In this document: positions 41,418 through 52,614 of the stretch, one piece after another | Numbering within the stretch: the stretch's first letter is position 1 | Layout of the letters: the number at the start of each line of letters is the position of its first letter | Assembly: GCA_963796275.1 (NCBI GenBank) | Contig: CAWCKY010000006.1 | Span: 2,848,001-2,912,000, forward strand | Reading direction: 5' to 3' | DNA length: 64,000 bases | From: an uncultured Acidobacteriota bacterium | GTDB lineage: Bacteria; Acidobacteriota; Blastocatellia; RBC074 | Translations under genes and position numbers: made by a program | Notes under the pieces: generated by a model | What the model was told of the DNA's origin: nothing | Databases searched by the model: none | What the model saw: only the letters and a program-made list of their open reading frames with translations

Positions 41418-44393
41418 TTAGACCAGTTCCAGCATCGCTACTGGTAGCCGTGAAAAGAGCTCGGCCAGCAGTAGCCCGCTTCCGTTGCTCTGTTTATTTA
41501 CCGGCAGCACCTCACCGGTAAAAACATTCCGGTAACGACAGAACTTCATGTTCTTCTCCATCGCGATGTATGTTTCGTTCCAGGCGTCTCGACCGATCGG
41601 TAGCCGATCTGGCGTCCCGAGCTGCAAGAAGAAACGCCCCGTCGCCGTGATGACAGATTTGTTTCTCAGGGTGCGTGAGAAGGCGATTACGTGATTCTTC
41701 CTGCTGCCGGCAACTTTCAGAGGCTGATAATCTCCGGTCGCGAATAGTTCATGCTGCGCTCGGCGAAAGTTCAGGGCCTGCTTCATCAGGTACATCTTGA
41801 TGCGCCCATCTTCGGGGCGTTGCATCATTCGCTCGATGAAGCCGAGCAAATCGCCTCTCTCTGCTTCATGGATTTCAGCCAGCAATCTCCGTCTTTGCGT
41901 AAAATCCACCGGCCGGCGGTTGTCAGGATCGACCAGACTGAAGTCCCAGATTTCTGTGCCTTGATAAAAATCCGGCACCCCGGGCGAAGTGATCTTAAGC
42001 AAAGTTTGCGATAGAGAATTGAACATTCCGGCGCGGGCGATCGTCTGTTGAAAATCGGTGAATTCATTCAGGAAGCGATTCTCAGGCGCAAGCCCCAGAA
42101 TGGCTCGGATGAATCGACGCACGCCGTGTTCGTAAGCTCCATTCGGACTGATCCAGCTTGAATGGAGTTTGGCCTCTCTGATGGCTTTGATTACATACTC
42201 TTCCATTCGCCAGGAGAACTCATCGAACTCGCCCCCTGGCCCATCTTCTGTCGGGGGTGAGATCGGCCAGGCCCCGACGAGCGTCTGATAGATCAGGTAT
42301 TCATCGTTGGCGTCCGGCGCTTCTATGCCGTTGATCGGGGTTCTGTGATCCTGGTTCAGTTTTTGCCAGCGCAAAATGTTGCGATACCACTGGGCGGGTA
42401 TCTCGGAGAGCACATTCAAGCGAGCGCGCACGTCCTCACTGCGCTTGGTGTCGTGTGTTGAGGTGGCGGAAAGCCCGTGCGGACGCTCGTGCATTCGCTG
42501 CTGGTTCTTGTCGTGGAAGACCTCCACCGTGATCCCGAACCGCGCCGGATCGCCGCCCACTTCGTTGAGCGAGGCGAGCGGAAAGTAACGATAAAAGGCA
42601 GTGTCTTCCAGCCCTTTCGCCATCACTGGGCTGGTTATCTGCTGGAAGCGCAATACGAAATTACGCCGCTCGGCGATCTGTTCCTCGCTTAGCCCTTCTG
42701 GATCTTCAAGCAACAGCAGTGATCCGATGAAATCGAAGAGAGAAAGACTGGTCGCCGGATTACGTTTCTTAGCGTCTCGAATTGCGCGGCGAATATGTCG
42801 TTGATCCTCTTCGTTCACTTCTGTCTGGTCGAGCCGCGTATAGGTGCGGTAGATCGGGAAGCTGGCGATCACTTCGCCGAGCGCGTATTGAAGACTGTTG
42901 AATGTGAAGTCGCGTGAAAAACGTTGCTGTTCCGAGATTCGGTCGAGTTTTCGCGCCAGAACGTTCAGCTCACTCGACATCGCCACGCGCAGAATGAGTT
43001 TTTTACTCTCGTATACAAGATCGGGAAAGCTGATAACCAGTTCCGTGAAACGATCGTATAGACTATGAAATGCTTGCTTGCCCGCTGTGTCAACAAAGAC
43101 TCCGTTGAGGAGATTCATAAAACCGTAACCCGTAGTGCCATGGACTATCCAATCCGGGTGCAGTATTTCATCGTGACCGAGAATCTTCTCTACGACAATA
43201 TAGACCGGAAGAGATGGCACGGTTGTCTGTTGAGATTGTGAGGGCATCTGCGACGCAGAAGCGGCGACGCCGAGAGGTTGATTTAACGAGTCGAGGCATC
43301 CGGCCTGAAGATCATTCAAGTACTGTACCGGATCGAACAAACCGTCGACGTGGTCAATGCGCAACCCAGTCACCTGACCCTGCCTCATTAGTTGAAAGAT
43401 CAACCTGTGAACTGCCACAAAGACCTCCGGCTCCTCCACTCGGATAGCTGCCAGCTCATTGATATCGAAGAAGCGCCGGTAGTTGATCTCATCTGCAGCC
43501 ACGCGCCAATTGCTGAGGCGATAAGCTTGATCGGCGAGCAGCCGCTCCAGCCGGTTAAAGGTGCGCGGGGAGCCTCGTTCGCCGTTGAGCGCTGTGAGAA
43601 CTTCGTCCAACTCTCGCCGTGCTTCATCACACTCTTCGATGAGCTTGTCGAGCCGCCGCTTGATGACCTCCTTCTCGCGCTGCCGTTCTTTGAGTCTCGC
43701 TTCGTCGGTCTCTGACCGCGGCGGCAGATACCGGAGCGCTGTAATGATACTTTCCAGCTCAGCCAAGTCATGAGGCGATACCTTGTTTCTACCGCGCAGC
43801 TCTTCCAGCAAGGGTTCGAGAATGTGAGTGTAAGTCCGCGGCGCTATCGGCAGGCGGGTCTCATAGTATCTGACAAAAAAGGCTCCGCGCTCGTATTCGA
43901 GCCTGAGTTCCTGATTCTCCAGCACTCGGCCGTATTGCTCGCCCAACATCGGGAGCAAAACTTTTTCGGCCAGGTCTAGCTTGGGCGGCAGCCAATCGAT
44001 GTCAAAGAAGCGCGCATATGGCGAGCTGGGGCCATTTTCCAATACGTCATTCCACCACTGATTGGCGCCGTATGCGATGCACATATGGTTTGGGACGACA
44101 TCCAGAATCAACCCCATCCGGCAATTTTTAAGCGACTGCGCGAATCTAGCAAACTCTGTTTCATCGCCGATTTCGGGGTTGAGCCGGGAATGGTCAGTAA
44201 TATCGTATCCGTGCGGACTGCCGACGCGGGCCGCCAATAGCGGGGATGTGTAACAATTAGTGATACCGAGATCGTGCAGGTATTCGACCAGCTCACCTGC
44301 TTGCTTAAAGGTGAACTGGTTGTTGAGTTGCAAACGATAAGACGAGCTCGGGATCCGCGTCCGTATCGTTTCTGTCTCGCCGAATGTTTGCAT
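41418..44393 (-). CDS. treY: Malto-oligosyltrehalose synthase
   Basis: [47 protein letters not shown]. Confidence 0.95.
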   Translation of the reverse strand: MQTFGETETIRTRIPSSSYRLQLNNQFTFKQAGELVEYLHDLGITNCYTSPLLAARVGSPHGYDITDHSRLNPEIGDETEFARFAQSLKNCRMGLILDVVPNHMCIAYGANQWWNDVLENGPSSPYARFFDIDWLPPKLDLAEKVLLPMLGEQYGRVLENQELRLEYERGAFFVRYYETRLPIAPRTYTHILEPLLEELRGRNKVSPHDLAELESIITALRYLPPRSETDEARLKERQREKEVIKRRLDKLIEECDEARRELDEVLTALNGERGSPRTFNRLERLLADQAYRLSNWRVAADEINYRRFFDINELAAIRVEEPEVFVAVHRLIFQLMRQGQVTGLRIDHVDGLFDPVQYLNDLQAGCLDSLNQPLGVAASASQMPSQSQQTTVPSLPVYIVVEKILGHDEILHPDWIVHGTTGYGFMNLLNGVFVDTAGKQAFHSLYDRFTELVISFPDLVYESKKLILRVAMSSELNVLARKLDRISEQQRFSRDFTFNSLQYALGEVIASFPIYRTYTRLDQTEVNEEDQRHIRRAIRDAKKRNPATSLSLFDFIGSLLLLEDPEGLSEEQIAERRNFVLRFQQITSPVMAKGLEDTAFYRYFPLASLNEVGGDPARFGITVEVFHDKNQQRMHERPHGLSATSTHDTKRSEDVRARLNVLSEIPAQWYRNILRWQKLNQDHRTPINGIEAPDANDEYLIYQTLVGAWPISPPTEDGPGGEFDEFSWRMEEYVIKAIREAKLHSSWISPNGAYEHGVRRFIRAILGLAPENRFLNEFTDFQQTIARAGMFNSLSQTLLKITSPGVPDFYQGTEIWDFSLVDPDNRRPVDFTQRRRLLAEIHEAERGDLLGFIERMMQRPEDGRIKMYLMKQALNFRRAQHELFATGDYQPLKVAGSRKNHVIAFSRTLRNKSVITATGRFFLQLGTPDRLPIGRDAWNETYIAMEKNMKFCRYRNVFTGEVLPVNKQSNGSGLLLAELFSRLPVAMLELV

Positions 44394-44509
44394 AAACACG
44401 GTACCTTTTTGTTGAGGAGTCAAACTTGACTTCTCTTACTAAGCCGCCGAATGATCAACAACAGGTTGATACCTGTACCCGTTTCAGTGTTTGAGTCGCG
44501 ATTAGAAAC

Positions 44510-44525
44510 TTCAAGTTCCGTGCCA
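44510..44525 (-). promoter_or_regulatory. Sigma-54 promoter for treY
   Basis: TGGCACGGAACTTGAA; UAS pair TGGGGCATTCTGCAACA-N4-GTGAATTGAATCTCACA at 44602-44639. Confidence 0.7.
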
Positions 44526-44658
44526 CAGGGTGCACAATGAGTCAGATCAAGCAGTTAGTGAATCTGCCTGCTTTGAGAAAGGATATTCAGTTAACTCCGG
44601 CTGGGGCATTCTGCAACATGGAGTGAATTGAATCTCACAAAGACTAAGGTGATGAGTG

Positions 44659-44674
44659 TGGCAAGAAAATTGCA
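44659..44674 (+). promoter_or_regulatory. Sigma-54 promoter for the two-component operon
   Basis: TGGCAAGAAAATTGCA. Confidence 0.6.
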
Positions 44675-44759
44675 AAATGTATTAAACGCATTAACTGTCT
44701 GGATTGGACGACAAGCAGCAGATGTCGATGAAATTGGTAGTGAAGGATCGGTCCGGGGT

Positions 44760-46262
44760 ATGCGTACAGGCACCAAGCTGATTCTGTTTCTGACGGTGGC
44801 CGTAGGTATTGTGATGACGCTCGGCGGATACTACATACTGCGTCAGCGCGAGGCGATTCTGGAAACTGCAATGCGGAATGAGCTGCGGGCACATGCTGCT
44901 ACATTGAAGATCGCGCTCGAGGACGCATATCGCAACGGACGCACTGGCGATGTGCAGCGACTGATCAACCGCTTGAGTGAGGACCCGAAGGTATACAGCG
45001 TGACACTCTTCGATGAGACCGGGCGATCGGTGATGTCATCCAATCCGCTGGCGGCTGATGAAGTTCGCAATCCTCCACAGGCTCAGCAGGTAATAGCAAC
45101 CAGTCAAACTGCAGAGATCGATTCGAATCAGTATCTGGTTTCGTTGATTGTTCCGATCCGCGTCGCCGAATCGCGGCGCGGGGCTTTTGAAATTACCCAG
45201 CCGAGGTCATTCATCAGAGCAGATTTCGCGCGCGCGCGGCGGGACATTGCCTTTGTCACGCTCGCGCTCTTTGCTGCCATTGTTCTGGTCGTGCTGGCTG
45301 TCATGCGCCGGAGTCTGTTGAGGCCGATCAACGAACTGCTGGGCGGCGCAGTCGCGATCGGGCATGGTGATCTTGAGTACCGTGTCATAGTGCCTGAGAG
45401 TGGTGGCGAACTGGCGCAGCTAGCACGAGAGTTCAATCGCATGGCTGACAGCCTGGAAGAGCAGATGCGCGCCGCATCGCGCGAGGCCGAAGGGCGGCTG
45501 GCGCTGGAACGCGAATTGCGACACAAAGAGCGGCTCGCATCGATCGGACGTTTGGCGGCAGGCATCGCGCACGAGATGGGAGCGCCGTTGAATGTCATCA
45601 AGGGCCGCGTCGAGATATTGCAGCAGCGGCCTGATCTGCCGCAGGAGAGGCGAGATCGCAACCTGGATATCATCAACGCGCAAGCCGACGGAATCGCCCG
45701 GATAGTGCGCCAATTGCTGACTCTCGCGCGGCCATTCAATCTGAGGCGGGAAGTCCTGGACCCGGCGCAATTGATCTCAGAAGTGCGTGAGCTGATCGAG
45801 CCGGAGGCGACCAAAGCCGGCCTTCGAATCGAAGTCGCGGCCGACGAACAGGCACGGATTGATGGTAACCGGGATTTGTTGCATCAAGTATTACTGAACA
45901 TTTGCCTTAATGGACTGCAGGCGATGGAAACAGGCGGGAGGCTGCGAATAGCGTTGCTGAATGAAGAGGTTATCAGGAATGATTGCCGCTTCGTGGCCTT
46001 GGGAATTTCAGACACCGGGCCAGGTATCTCTGCCGACAATCTGAATCACATCTTCGATCCATTCTTTACGACGAAAGATGTCGGGCAGGGATCGGGCCTC
46101 GGATTGGCCGTTTCGCATCGCATTGTTGAGGAACACGGCGGGTGGATTGAAGTCGGCAACCAACCAACGGGTGGTGCGGTCTTCACAATTTATCTGCCGA
46201 AAGTAGGCATCGACCAAGAATCTTCCGAGGAGTCATTCATGTCGTCTCGGACGGCGCCCTGA
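44760..46262 (+). CDS. NtrB/ZraS-type membrane sensor histidine kinase (HAMP)
   Basis: Two TM segments, [37 protein letters not shown]. Confidence 0.93.
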   Translation: MRTGTKLILFLTVAVGIVMTLGGYYILRQREAILETAMRNELRAHAATLKIALEDAYRNGRTGDVQRLINRLSEDPKVYSVTLFDETGRSVMSSNPLAADEVRNPPQAQQVIATSQTAEIDSNQYLVSLIVPIRVAESRRGAFEITQPRSFIRADFARARRDIAFVTLALFAAIVLVVLAVMRRSLLRPINELLGGAVAIGHGDLEYRVIVPESGGELAQLAREFNRMADSLEEQMRAASREAEGRLALERELRHKERLASIGRLAAGIAHEMGAPLNVIKGRVEILQQRPDLPQERRDRNLDIINAQADGIARIVRQLLTLARPFNLRREVLDPAQLISEVRELIEPEATKAGLRIEVAADEQARIDGNRDLLHQVLLNICLNGLQAMETGGRLRIALLNEEVIRNDCRFVALGISDTGPGISADNLNHIFDPFFTTKDVGQGSGLGLAVSHRIVEEHGGWIEVGNQPTGGAVFTIYLPKVGIDQESSEESFMSSRTAP

Positions 46263-46362
46263 AACAATGAAAATCAGTTGGCAGTTATCAGTTCGTGAGC
46301 ATTGTTGTCACAGTTTAAGAAAACTTCCTACTGCTTATTGCTTCGAGGGGGAGGACTGCAAT

Positions 46363-47733
46363 ATGACCGCGCGGTTGTTGATCGCTGAAGACAACGCAGA
46401 TATGCGTGAGTTTCTGCAGGAAGTCCTCGAGGACGCGGGCTACGACACGGTGCCGGCCAATGATGGGCGCGAGGCCCTTGCCTTGATCGAGCGAGCCGGC
46501 CAGATGATCGATCTCGTCATCACCGATGTCCAGATGCCTGGTGTGAAGGGGGATGAGCTGCTGGCTATTACGCGGGCGCGCCGCCCCGAAACGCCAGTCA
46601 TCGTCATTACCGCGTTCGGTTCGGTCGAGCAGGCGGTGGAGATGGTGAAGAGAGGAGCCTTTCAATATCTGACAAAACCTTTCCCCTCAGGCGATCTTCT
46701 GCGCCTGATTGAAGAAGCGCTCGAACTCAGCGCTCCGCACCGCGAACAGGCGCGGCTACGGCGTGAATCGGCCGTAGCTCCGGCGAAGATCATCGGTGCG
46801 TCGCAGCCGATGCGACAATTGTTCGATCTGATATCGGTAGCGGCGCGGAATACCAGCACGGTCCTGATCACCGGCGAGTCGGGCACAGGCAAGGAGCTGG
46901 TGGGCAGGGCTATTCATGAGATGTCGGAGCGCAAGGGCGCATTCGTGCCGGTCAACTGTGCGGCGATCCCGGCCGATTTGATCGAGTCAGAGCTGTTCGG
47001 GCACACGGGCGGCGCCTTTACCGGAGCGAAGCAGGCGCGGTCTGGGCTCTTTGAGGCGGCTGACGGCGGTACGATCTTTCTTGATGAGATTGGCGAATTG
47101 CCGATGGCAATGCAGCCGAAGATCCTGCGCGCGTTGCAGGATGGCGCTGTGCGCCGCGTCGGCGAGAACCATGAGCGCAGGATCGATGTACGCGTGATCG
47201 CCGCGACCAACCGCAATCTGGAGCGAGACGTCAAAGATGGGCGTTTTCGTGAAGACCTTTATTGGCGGCTCAATGTCATTCTGATCAATGTGCCGCCGCT
47301 GCGAGAGCGCGCCTTCGATATCCCGCTGCTCATTGAACATTTCATCGCGAAGGCCTGCCAGAGCGCGGGTAAGCCCGTGCTCGGGGTTTCACCTGAAGCC
47401 CTTGCGTTATTGACGGCTTATCCATGGCCGGGCAATGTGCGTGAATTGGAAAATGCGATCGAACGTGCTGTTGCTTTCGCTCACGGGGCGACGGTGACGC
47501 CTGAAGATCTGCCCAAACGAGTTCGCGACAGTGGTGGTGTGTCGGCGATTATCGCTCGTTCCAGTGAACAGAACCTCTCGCTGCGCGATCTTGAACGAGA
47601 ATATATCTTCGAAATGCTGCGGCGCACGGGCGGAAATAAAAAGCGGGCGGCGGAAATGTTGGGGCTGGATCGCAAGACGCTTTATCGGAAGCTGGAAGAG
47701 TACCGCGCAGATGGCTATTGGCTGGAGTTGTAG
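46363..47733 (+). CDS. NtrC-family sigma-54-dependent response regulator (REC-AAA+-HTH)
   Basis: [45 protein letters not shown]. Confidence 0.95.
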   Translation: MTARLLIAEDNADMREFLQEVLEDAGYDTVPANDGREALALIERAGQMIDLVITDVQMPGVKGDELLAITRARRPETPVIVITAFGSVEQAVEMVKRGAFQYLTKPFPSGDLLRLIEEALELSAPHREQARLRRESAVAPAKIIGASQPMRQLFDLISVAARNTSTVLITGESGTGKELVGRAIHEMSERKGAFVPVNCAAIPADLIESELFGHTGGAFTGAKQARSGLFEAADGGTIFLDEIGELPMAMQPKILRALQDGAVRRVGENHERRIDVRVIAATNRNLERDVKDGRFREDLYWRLNVILINVPPLRERAFDIPLLIEHFIAKACQSAGKPVLGVSPEALALLTAYPWPGNVRELENAIERAVAFAHGATVTPEDLPKRVRDSGGVSAIIARSSEQNLSLRDLEREYIFEMLRRTGGNKKRAAEMLGLDRKTLYRKLEEYRADGYWLEL

Positions 47734-47765
47734 CTTTCTGCCTCACTATGAGGCGTACGACCACA
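47729..47765. promoter_or_regulatory. Tandem UAS-like sites overlapping the regulator's stop codon
   Basis: TGTAGCTTTCTGCCTCA-N3-TGAGGCGTACGACCACA. Confidence 0.5.
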
Positions 47766-47875
47766 TCCCTAAAACTCCCACCTGGCAATTACTACCCCCA
47801 GCAACTGCGTTACGGCGAATCGCACGTTATTGCCTGAAGAGCTTCTCCTTAGCTTCATTGTGATCACCTAAATTG

Positions 47876-47891
47876 CGGCACGCTCATTGCC
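47876..47891 (+). promoter_or_regulatory. Sigma-54 promoter
   Basis: CGGCACGCTCATTGCC. Confidence 0.75.
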
Positions 47892-47938
47892 CTGAGGAAC
47901 TTCGATCTATTGAGGGATCACGAATCTGGAGATGATCT

Positions 47939-48298
47939 GTGGCTTATCTGCCCATTGAAAACTATGGCATTATCGGCGATATGCACTCAGCTGCGCTTGT
48001 GGGCATAAATGCCTCAATCGACTGGTTATGCTTTCCACGATTCGATTCACCCAGCGTATTTGCTGCAATTCTGGACGATGAAAAGGGAGACCGGTTTGAC
48101 GTCTCGCCTGCCATCGAAGGAGTCAAGTCCAAACAGGTTTACTGGCCTGACACGAATGTGCTGGTGACGCGCTTTCTCTCTCCCGCAGGAATCGCTGAAG
48201 TGATTGACTATATGCCTGTAGGTGAACAAGCGTTCACACACTTGTCGTTGATCAGCGCTGCATTCACCCTGGACAGGGCGCTCGGAGCCAGCGATTGA
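47939..48298 (+). pseudogene. GH15 glucoamylase/trehalase with a large in-frame internal deletion
   Basis: N-terminus [24 protein letters not shown] joined directly to the C-terminus [12 protein letters not shown]. Confidence 0.85.
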
Positions 48299-48321
48299 AG
48301 AACTGCGCAAGGAAATGAGAT

Positions 48322-49239
48322 ATGATTCTTCAACAATTCGAGTTGGAAAGCATAAGATCGATTTTCAATTATCCCATTCTCAGGGCTGGTAATACTCAGA
48401 TCACGCTCTGGACGGTCGCCCAGTTTGTGATTCTACTGGTGCTGCTCTTCTTCTTAGCCAAGAAAGTCAGAGATCTTCTGGTCAAACGCATGCTGCCTAG
48501 AAGCAAACTGGATATCGGCGCGCAGCAGGCAGTAGCAGCGGTCACGCGTTATCTGGTGCTTTTTATCGGGCTGTTGGTGATCCTGCAAACAGTGGGCATT
48601 GACTTAACAACGCTGAACGTGATCGCGGGGGCGGTCGGAATCGGCGTCGGATTCGGTCTACAGAACATCGCAAGCAACTTCATCAGCGGCTTGATTATAC
48701 TCTTCGAGCGGCCCATCAAGATCGGCGACCGCATTGAAATCGGTGACATCGAAGGCGATGTGATCGAGATCGGCGCTCGAAGCACCACTGTTCTGACCAA
48801 CGACAACATAACGATCATCGTCCCTAATTCCAAGTTTATCACCGAGAACGTTGTCAATTGGGAGCACCGTGATTCAAAGATCAGGTTCAAAATTCCAATT
48901 GGTGTGGCTTATGGCAGCGATGCCAGGCTGGTAGAAAAAATTCTGCTCATGGTTGCTGAAGAAAACCCTGATGTCATGGATATCCCGCCTCCGGTTGTCC
49001 GCTTTCTTGAATTCGGTGAAAGCAGTCTGCTCTTTGAGTTGCGCGCCTGGAGCTCCACTCTTCTGCACCGCAAAGGGGTTCTGATCAACGCGTTAAACTT
49101 CGCGATCTACGATAAATTTAAGGAACACGGCATTGAAATACCATTCCCACAACGTGATTTGCACATCCGCAGCGGTGCGCTGGAATTGAAGGGAGCAATC
49201 CGGTCAACAAAAGGAGGGAGCGCAGATGAAGCTGCCTGA
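48322..49239 (+). CDS. MscS-family mechanosensitive channel
   Basis: GIGVGFGLQNIASNFISG, ERPIKIGD, EIPFPQRD. Confidence 0.93.
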   Translation: MILQQFELESIRSIFNYPILRAGNTQITLWTVAQFVILLVLLFFLAKKVRDLLVKRMLPRSKLDIGAQQAVAAVTRYLVLFIGLLVILQTVGIDLTTLNVIAGAVGIGVGFGLQNIASNFISGLIILFERPIKIGDRIEIGDIEGDVIEIGARSTTVLTNDNITIIVPNSKFITENVVNWEHRDSKIRFKIPIGVAYGSDARLVEKILLMVAEENPDVMDIPPPVVRFLEFGESSLLFELRAWSSTLLHRKGVLINALNFAIYDKFKEHGIEIPFPQRDLHIRSGALELKGAIRSTKGGSADEAA

Positions 49240-50692
49240 AAATTTCAAGCGGGTTAATAAGACGAAACCCTATCATATTGTAATCTTCCTTTCTGCGGCG
49301 CTGGTGCTGCTGATCGGCGGATTACTGCGTGGAGTAAGCCAGGATAAAAAGTCGATGCGATTTGAAGTCTCGACTCTTGAATCTTTACGGAAAGAGGTCG
49401 AGGGCGTGCAGACCGTGCTCAAAAAGAGCGAACTGGAGTCGATTGAACAAACAATCGACTCTGTCATCCAAAACGCGCTCCCAGCAGTCGTCGCTATCAG
49501 ATCAGTTCAGGGATTACAACCTCCGCGCACAATCGCTGTATACAATGACTATCAGCTGTCACAGCCGGTTAGCAGGTCAACGGCCTTTGCCTCAGTCGCC
49601 TCCGGCCTAATAATCGACGGTGCAGGCCATATTCTGACATCAGATAAAGTCGCAGACGCCGGAGATCGATTCAATATTCTATTTGATGACGGCACACAAC
49701 AGCTTGCTGACCTCGTAGCCTTCGATCAGGCTGAACATCTGGCGGTACTGAAACTGAGTGAATCGAACGTGCCCATAAGATTGGCGGAATTTGAGGAGAA
49801 ACCTTTACTGCAATCAGGCACCTGGTTGGTCAGACTTGCGCGCTCACCGACGGGCCAGCGGAGCGTATCGCTGGATATGATTTCGGTCGTCAGACGCGAT
49901 CCGTCGGGGCTCGAGACATTCCTTCTGGATTCCTCGATTGTTGCGGAACAGGATGGCTGCCCGGCGCTCAACCTCGAAGGCAAGATCATAGGAATCAATT
50001 TCCGGCTACCTCAAGATAACGGCAGTCAAGGATCAGTGATTCCAATAGGCCATGCGTTGAATGTGGCGAACAGACTCTTAACTGAGAAGAAACCGCAGCC
50101 TCAGTCCTGGATCGGTCTAGAACTCCAGGAACTGAGTGAAGACCTGCGTGAATACTTTGCGGTCGAACAGGGCGCCCTCATTTCGCTGGTCAAATCCGAT
50201 AGCCCTGCGTTGCGAGCCGGACTGCGCGAGATGGACATGGTAGTTCGCTTCAACGATCAACCGGTTACGACAGCGAAACAATTGATCGAAATGATCAATC
50301 AGACCTCGCCCGGCACACGCTTGAAACTGAATGTCCGGCGTAACGCGAAAGAACGCCTGTTTGAAGTTGAAACGCGCCCATACCAGAGTGTAACCGATCA
50401 ATCAACTCAGAAGGCGGATGATAGCGAGCAAATGCTGGTGCTGGAACTGGATCGTGATGTTTTGACAGCGGGTGTAAAGATCAAGGCCGTGCGGCCTGCC
50501 GCATTGGCAGCACGATTGGGATTACAAGCCGATGACGTCATCGTCACAGTCGATCGCCGGCTACTCGACAGCCAGGCAGATTTTCAACGCGTGCAGCAGA
50601 ACAGGACGGCAAGCGATATGCAGCTCTGGCAGATCAGGCGAGGGGAGCAGATGTTCTTCCTGGCAGTGCGAGAGAGGGTGGTGGTGCTGTGA
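49226..50692 (+). CDS. HtrA/DegP-like trypsin-PDZ-PDZ protein lacking catalytic residues
   Basis: ASGLIIDGAGHILTSDKV (no His), EQDGCPALN (no GNSGG), two PDZ-like domains. Confidence 0.8.
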   Translation: MKLPENFKRVNKTKPYHIVIFLSAALVLLIGGLLRGVSQDKKSMRFEVSTLESLRKEVEGVQTVLKKSELESIEQTIDSVIQNALPAVVAIRSVQGLQPPRTIAVYNDYQLSQPVSRSTAFASVASGLIIDGAGHILTSDKVADAGDRFNILFDDGTQQLADLVAFDQAEHLAVLKLSESNVPIRLAEFEEKPLLQSGTWLVRLARSPTGQRSVSLDMISVVRRDPSGLETFLLDSSIVAEQDGCPALNLEGKIIGINFRLPQDNGSQGSVIPIGHALNVANRLLTEKKPQPQSWIGLELQELSEDLREYFAVEQGALISLVKSDSPALRAGLREMDMVVRFNDQPVTTAKQLIEMINQTSPGTRLKLNVRRNAKERLFEVETRPYQSVTDQSTQKADDSEQMLVLELDRDVLTAGVKIKAVRPAALAARLGLQADDVIVTVDRRLLDSQADFQRVQQNRTASDMQLWQIRRGEQMFFLAVRERVVVL

Positions 50693-51897
50693 GCAACGTC
50701 CTGTTGGTCGGCCTAATCCTGGTTCTGGCGCTCGCTGGCGGGCATCTGGTCAAGTTCATTCGAGTGCCGGAAGTCGTCGGATATTTCCTTGTCGGTCTGT
50801 TTCTCGGCCCGTCGTTTTCGCAAGTACTGAGCGGCGAAACCGTGACCACTCTCGAATTCTTCAGCGAGATCGCGTTGGGCCTGATCCTGTTCAGCATCGG
50901 AGCAGTCTTCGAGTTTGAAAATCTGCAGAGAGTTGGCAAACGCACACTCCTGCTCATCCTCTACTTGATGGCCGGAACCGTATCGGCTGTCTTCATAACC
51001 CTGCTTGCTCTCAATGGAAGCTGGCAGGTGGCGCTGCTGCTGGGCGTCATCGCGGTCGAGGTTTCGCCGATTGCGACAGTTCTGGTGATGCGGGAAGCAA
51101 ACTCAAGAGGACAGCTGACCGATGCGGTGAACAACGTACTGGCGCTCAATAACGTCGGTTGTATCATCGTCTTCGGCGTGGCGACATTCGTTGTGAAGTT
51201 GTTCGACAGCACTGAAACCACGCCTTTGCTGGCGTCCTTGTTGGGCAGGGAATTCCTATTACTGTTTTGGAACATCATCGGTTCGGTCGCCCTGGGCATC
51301 GTGCTGGGTTATGTACTGGCGATGTGGGGAAGACACGTAGAAGAGCATAGTGAGATTCTGATCCTGGTTTTGGGAATGATCCTGGTTGCCGTCGGGACTT
51401 CGCACTGGCTTGGTCTCTCGTCATTGATTGCAACGATGACATTGGGCGCGGTGCTGATCAATCTGGAAAAGGAGAGCCGGCATCTCTTCGACGTGCTGGG
51501 CAAGACCGACCCGCCGCTTTACGCGATCTTCTTCGTACTGGCGGGGGCTCATCTGCAGCTTTCATCGCTGCTGCTGATTGGCGTGAGCGGCGTGGGCTAC
51601 ACGCTGTCGCGCATTGCAGGCAAGATGGCCGGAGCCTGGTATGGGGCGAAAAAACTGGGCTATCCGGAAGTCATCAGCAAATATCTGGGTGTCACGCTCG
51701 TAGCGCACGCCGGCGTAGCAATCGGATTGGCGCTGCAGGTGCGCAGCATCTTTCCGAAGTATTCGGAAGTCATCGCTACTGTCATCCTCGGATCGGTTCT
51801 TATCAACGAGGTATTGGGTCCGGTGCTGACGAAGTTTGCTTTGACGAAGGCGGGCGAGACGCGGGTTGAACACATCGGCGCATTCGAAGAGATCTGA
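50689..51897 (+). CDS. Cation:proton antiporter (KefB-like membrane domain)
   Basis: PEVVGYFLVG, ALGLILFSIG, FFVLAGA, HAGVAIGL, NEVLGP. Confidence 0.88.
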   Translation: MSNVLLVGLILVLALAGGHLVKFIRVPEVVGYFLVGLFLGPSFSQVLSGETVTTLEFFSEIALGLILFSIGAVFEFENLQRVGKRTLLLILYLMAGTVSAVFITLLALNGSWQVALLLGVIAVEVSPIATVLVMREANSRGQLTDAVNNVLALNNVGCIIVFGVATFVVKLFDSTETTPLLASLLGREFLLLFWNIIGSVALGIVLGYVLAMWGRHVEEHSEILILVLGMILVAVGTSHWLGLSSLIATMTLGAVLINLEKESRHLFDVLGKTDPPLYAIFFVLAGAHLQLSSLLLIGVSGVGYTLSRIAGKMAGAWYGAKKLGYPEVISKYLGVTLVAHAGVAIGLALQVRSIFPKYSEVIATVILGSVLINEVLGPVLTKFALTKAGETRVEHIGAFEEI

Positions 51898-52124
51898 AGC
51901 TCATATGAAAAGTCATGCAACCGACGCGCAGCTGGCATTGGATTTGATCCTTGCGATTCTGGCGCTCTGGCTTATCCCACATTTTTGGCCGCTAATCGTG
52001 CGATGATGCTCACAGAACATATTACAAATAGGCCTGCGATGCAGTAAGGGGCACTTGAGCTTGTATCATCATAATTATCGCTGTAGGGACAGGCAAAAGC
52101 GACTAACATCCAGGTGTGGTGATA

Positions 52125-52162
52125 TGGGATGATATGGGACACAATTAGGGTATTCAGCCACA
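52125..52162. promoter_or_regulatory. Tandem UAS sites
   Basis: TGGGATGATATGGGACA-N4-TAGGGTATTCAGCCACA. Confidence 0.55.
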
Positions 52163-52256
52163 CCAACATCCTCGTACTTGAGGGAGAACTTTTACAAGGG
52201 ATAAACAATGTTCGTTTAGGTAGTACCAAAATTGAGGTTCGGAGAGCCATACTGAG

Positions 52257-52272
52257 TGGCACATTCATTGCT
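52257..52272 (+). promoter_or_regulatory. Sigma-54 promoter
   Basis: TGGCACATTCATTGCT. Confidence 0.75.
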
Positions 52273-52321
52273 GTATCTGGTAGTGGAAGGAAAATGCAGG
52301 GAGTCCTTCCTTAGTGAGGGC

Positions 52322-52384
52322 TTCAGCGGGGGTCGCGAAGTGAGTTTCCCAGGGTCCCCCAACGGCTTCGCTGCCTCCGCTGAA
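52322..52384. repeat. Imperfect 19-bp inverted repeat (hairpin) in the 5' leader
   Basis: TTCAGCGGGGGTCGCGAAG ... CTTCGCTGCCTCCGCTGAA. Confidence 0.65.
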
Positions 52385-52614
52385 CCACAGTCGCCAGCTG
52401 AAAATGTTGAGGATAAAACAGAGAGTGATTGTTGCTTATGGCGACAACCAGTAGAACTGCCTCATTGAAAATCATCATTTAACTCTTTTCATTGCCTCAT
52501 CCTTGGGTGCACGACCGCCGTGACGATTTCACATATATGAGAGGGCGGCGAAAAACCTCAGACGTTGTTTGAGAGAGTGAATGAAAATCATTGGTTTTTG
52601 TTTCTGAGGACTCA

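Noticed and set aside
51905-52006. Short hydrophobic ORF MKSHATDAQLALDLILAILALWLIPHFWPLIVR
   Set aside because: No clear RBS and no recognisable family
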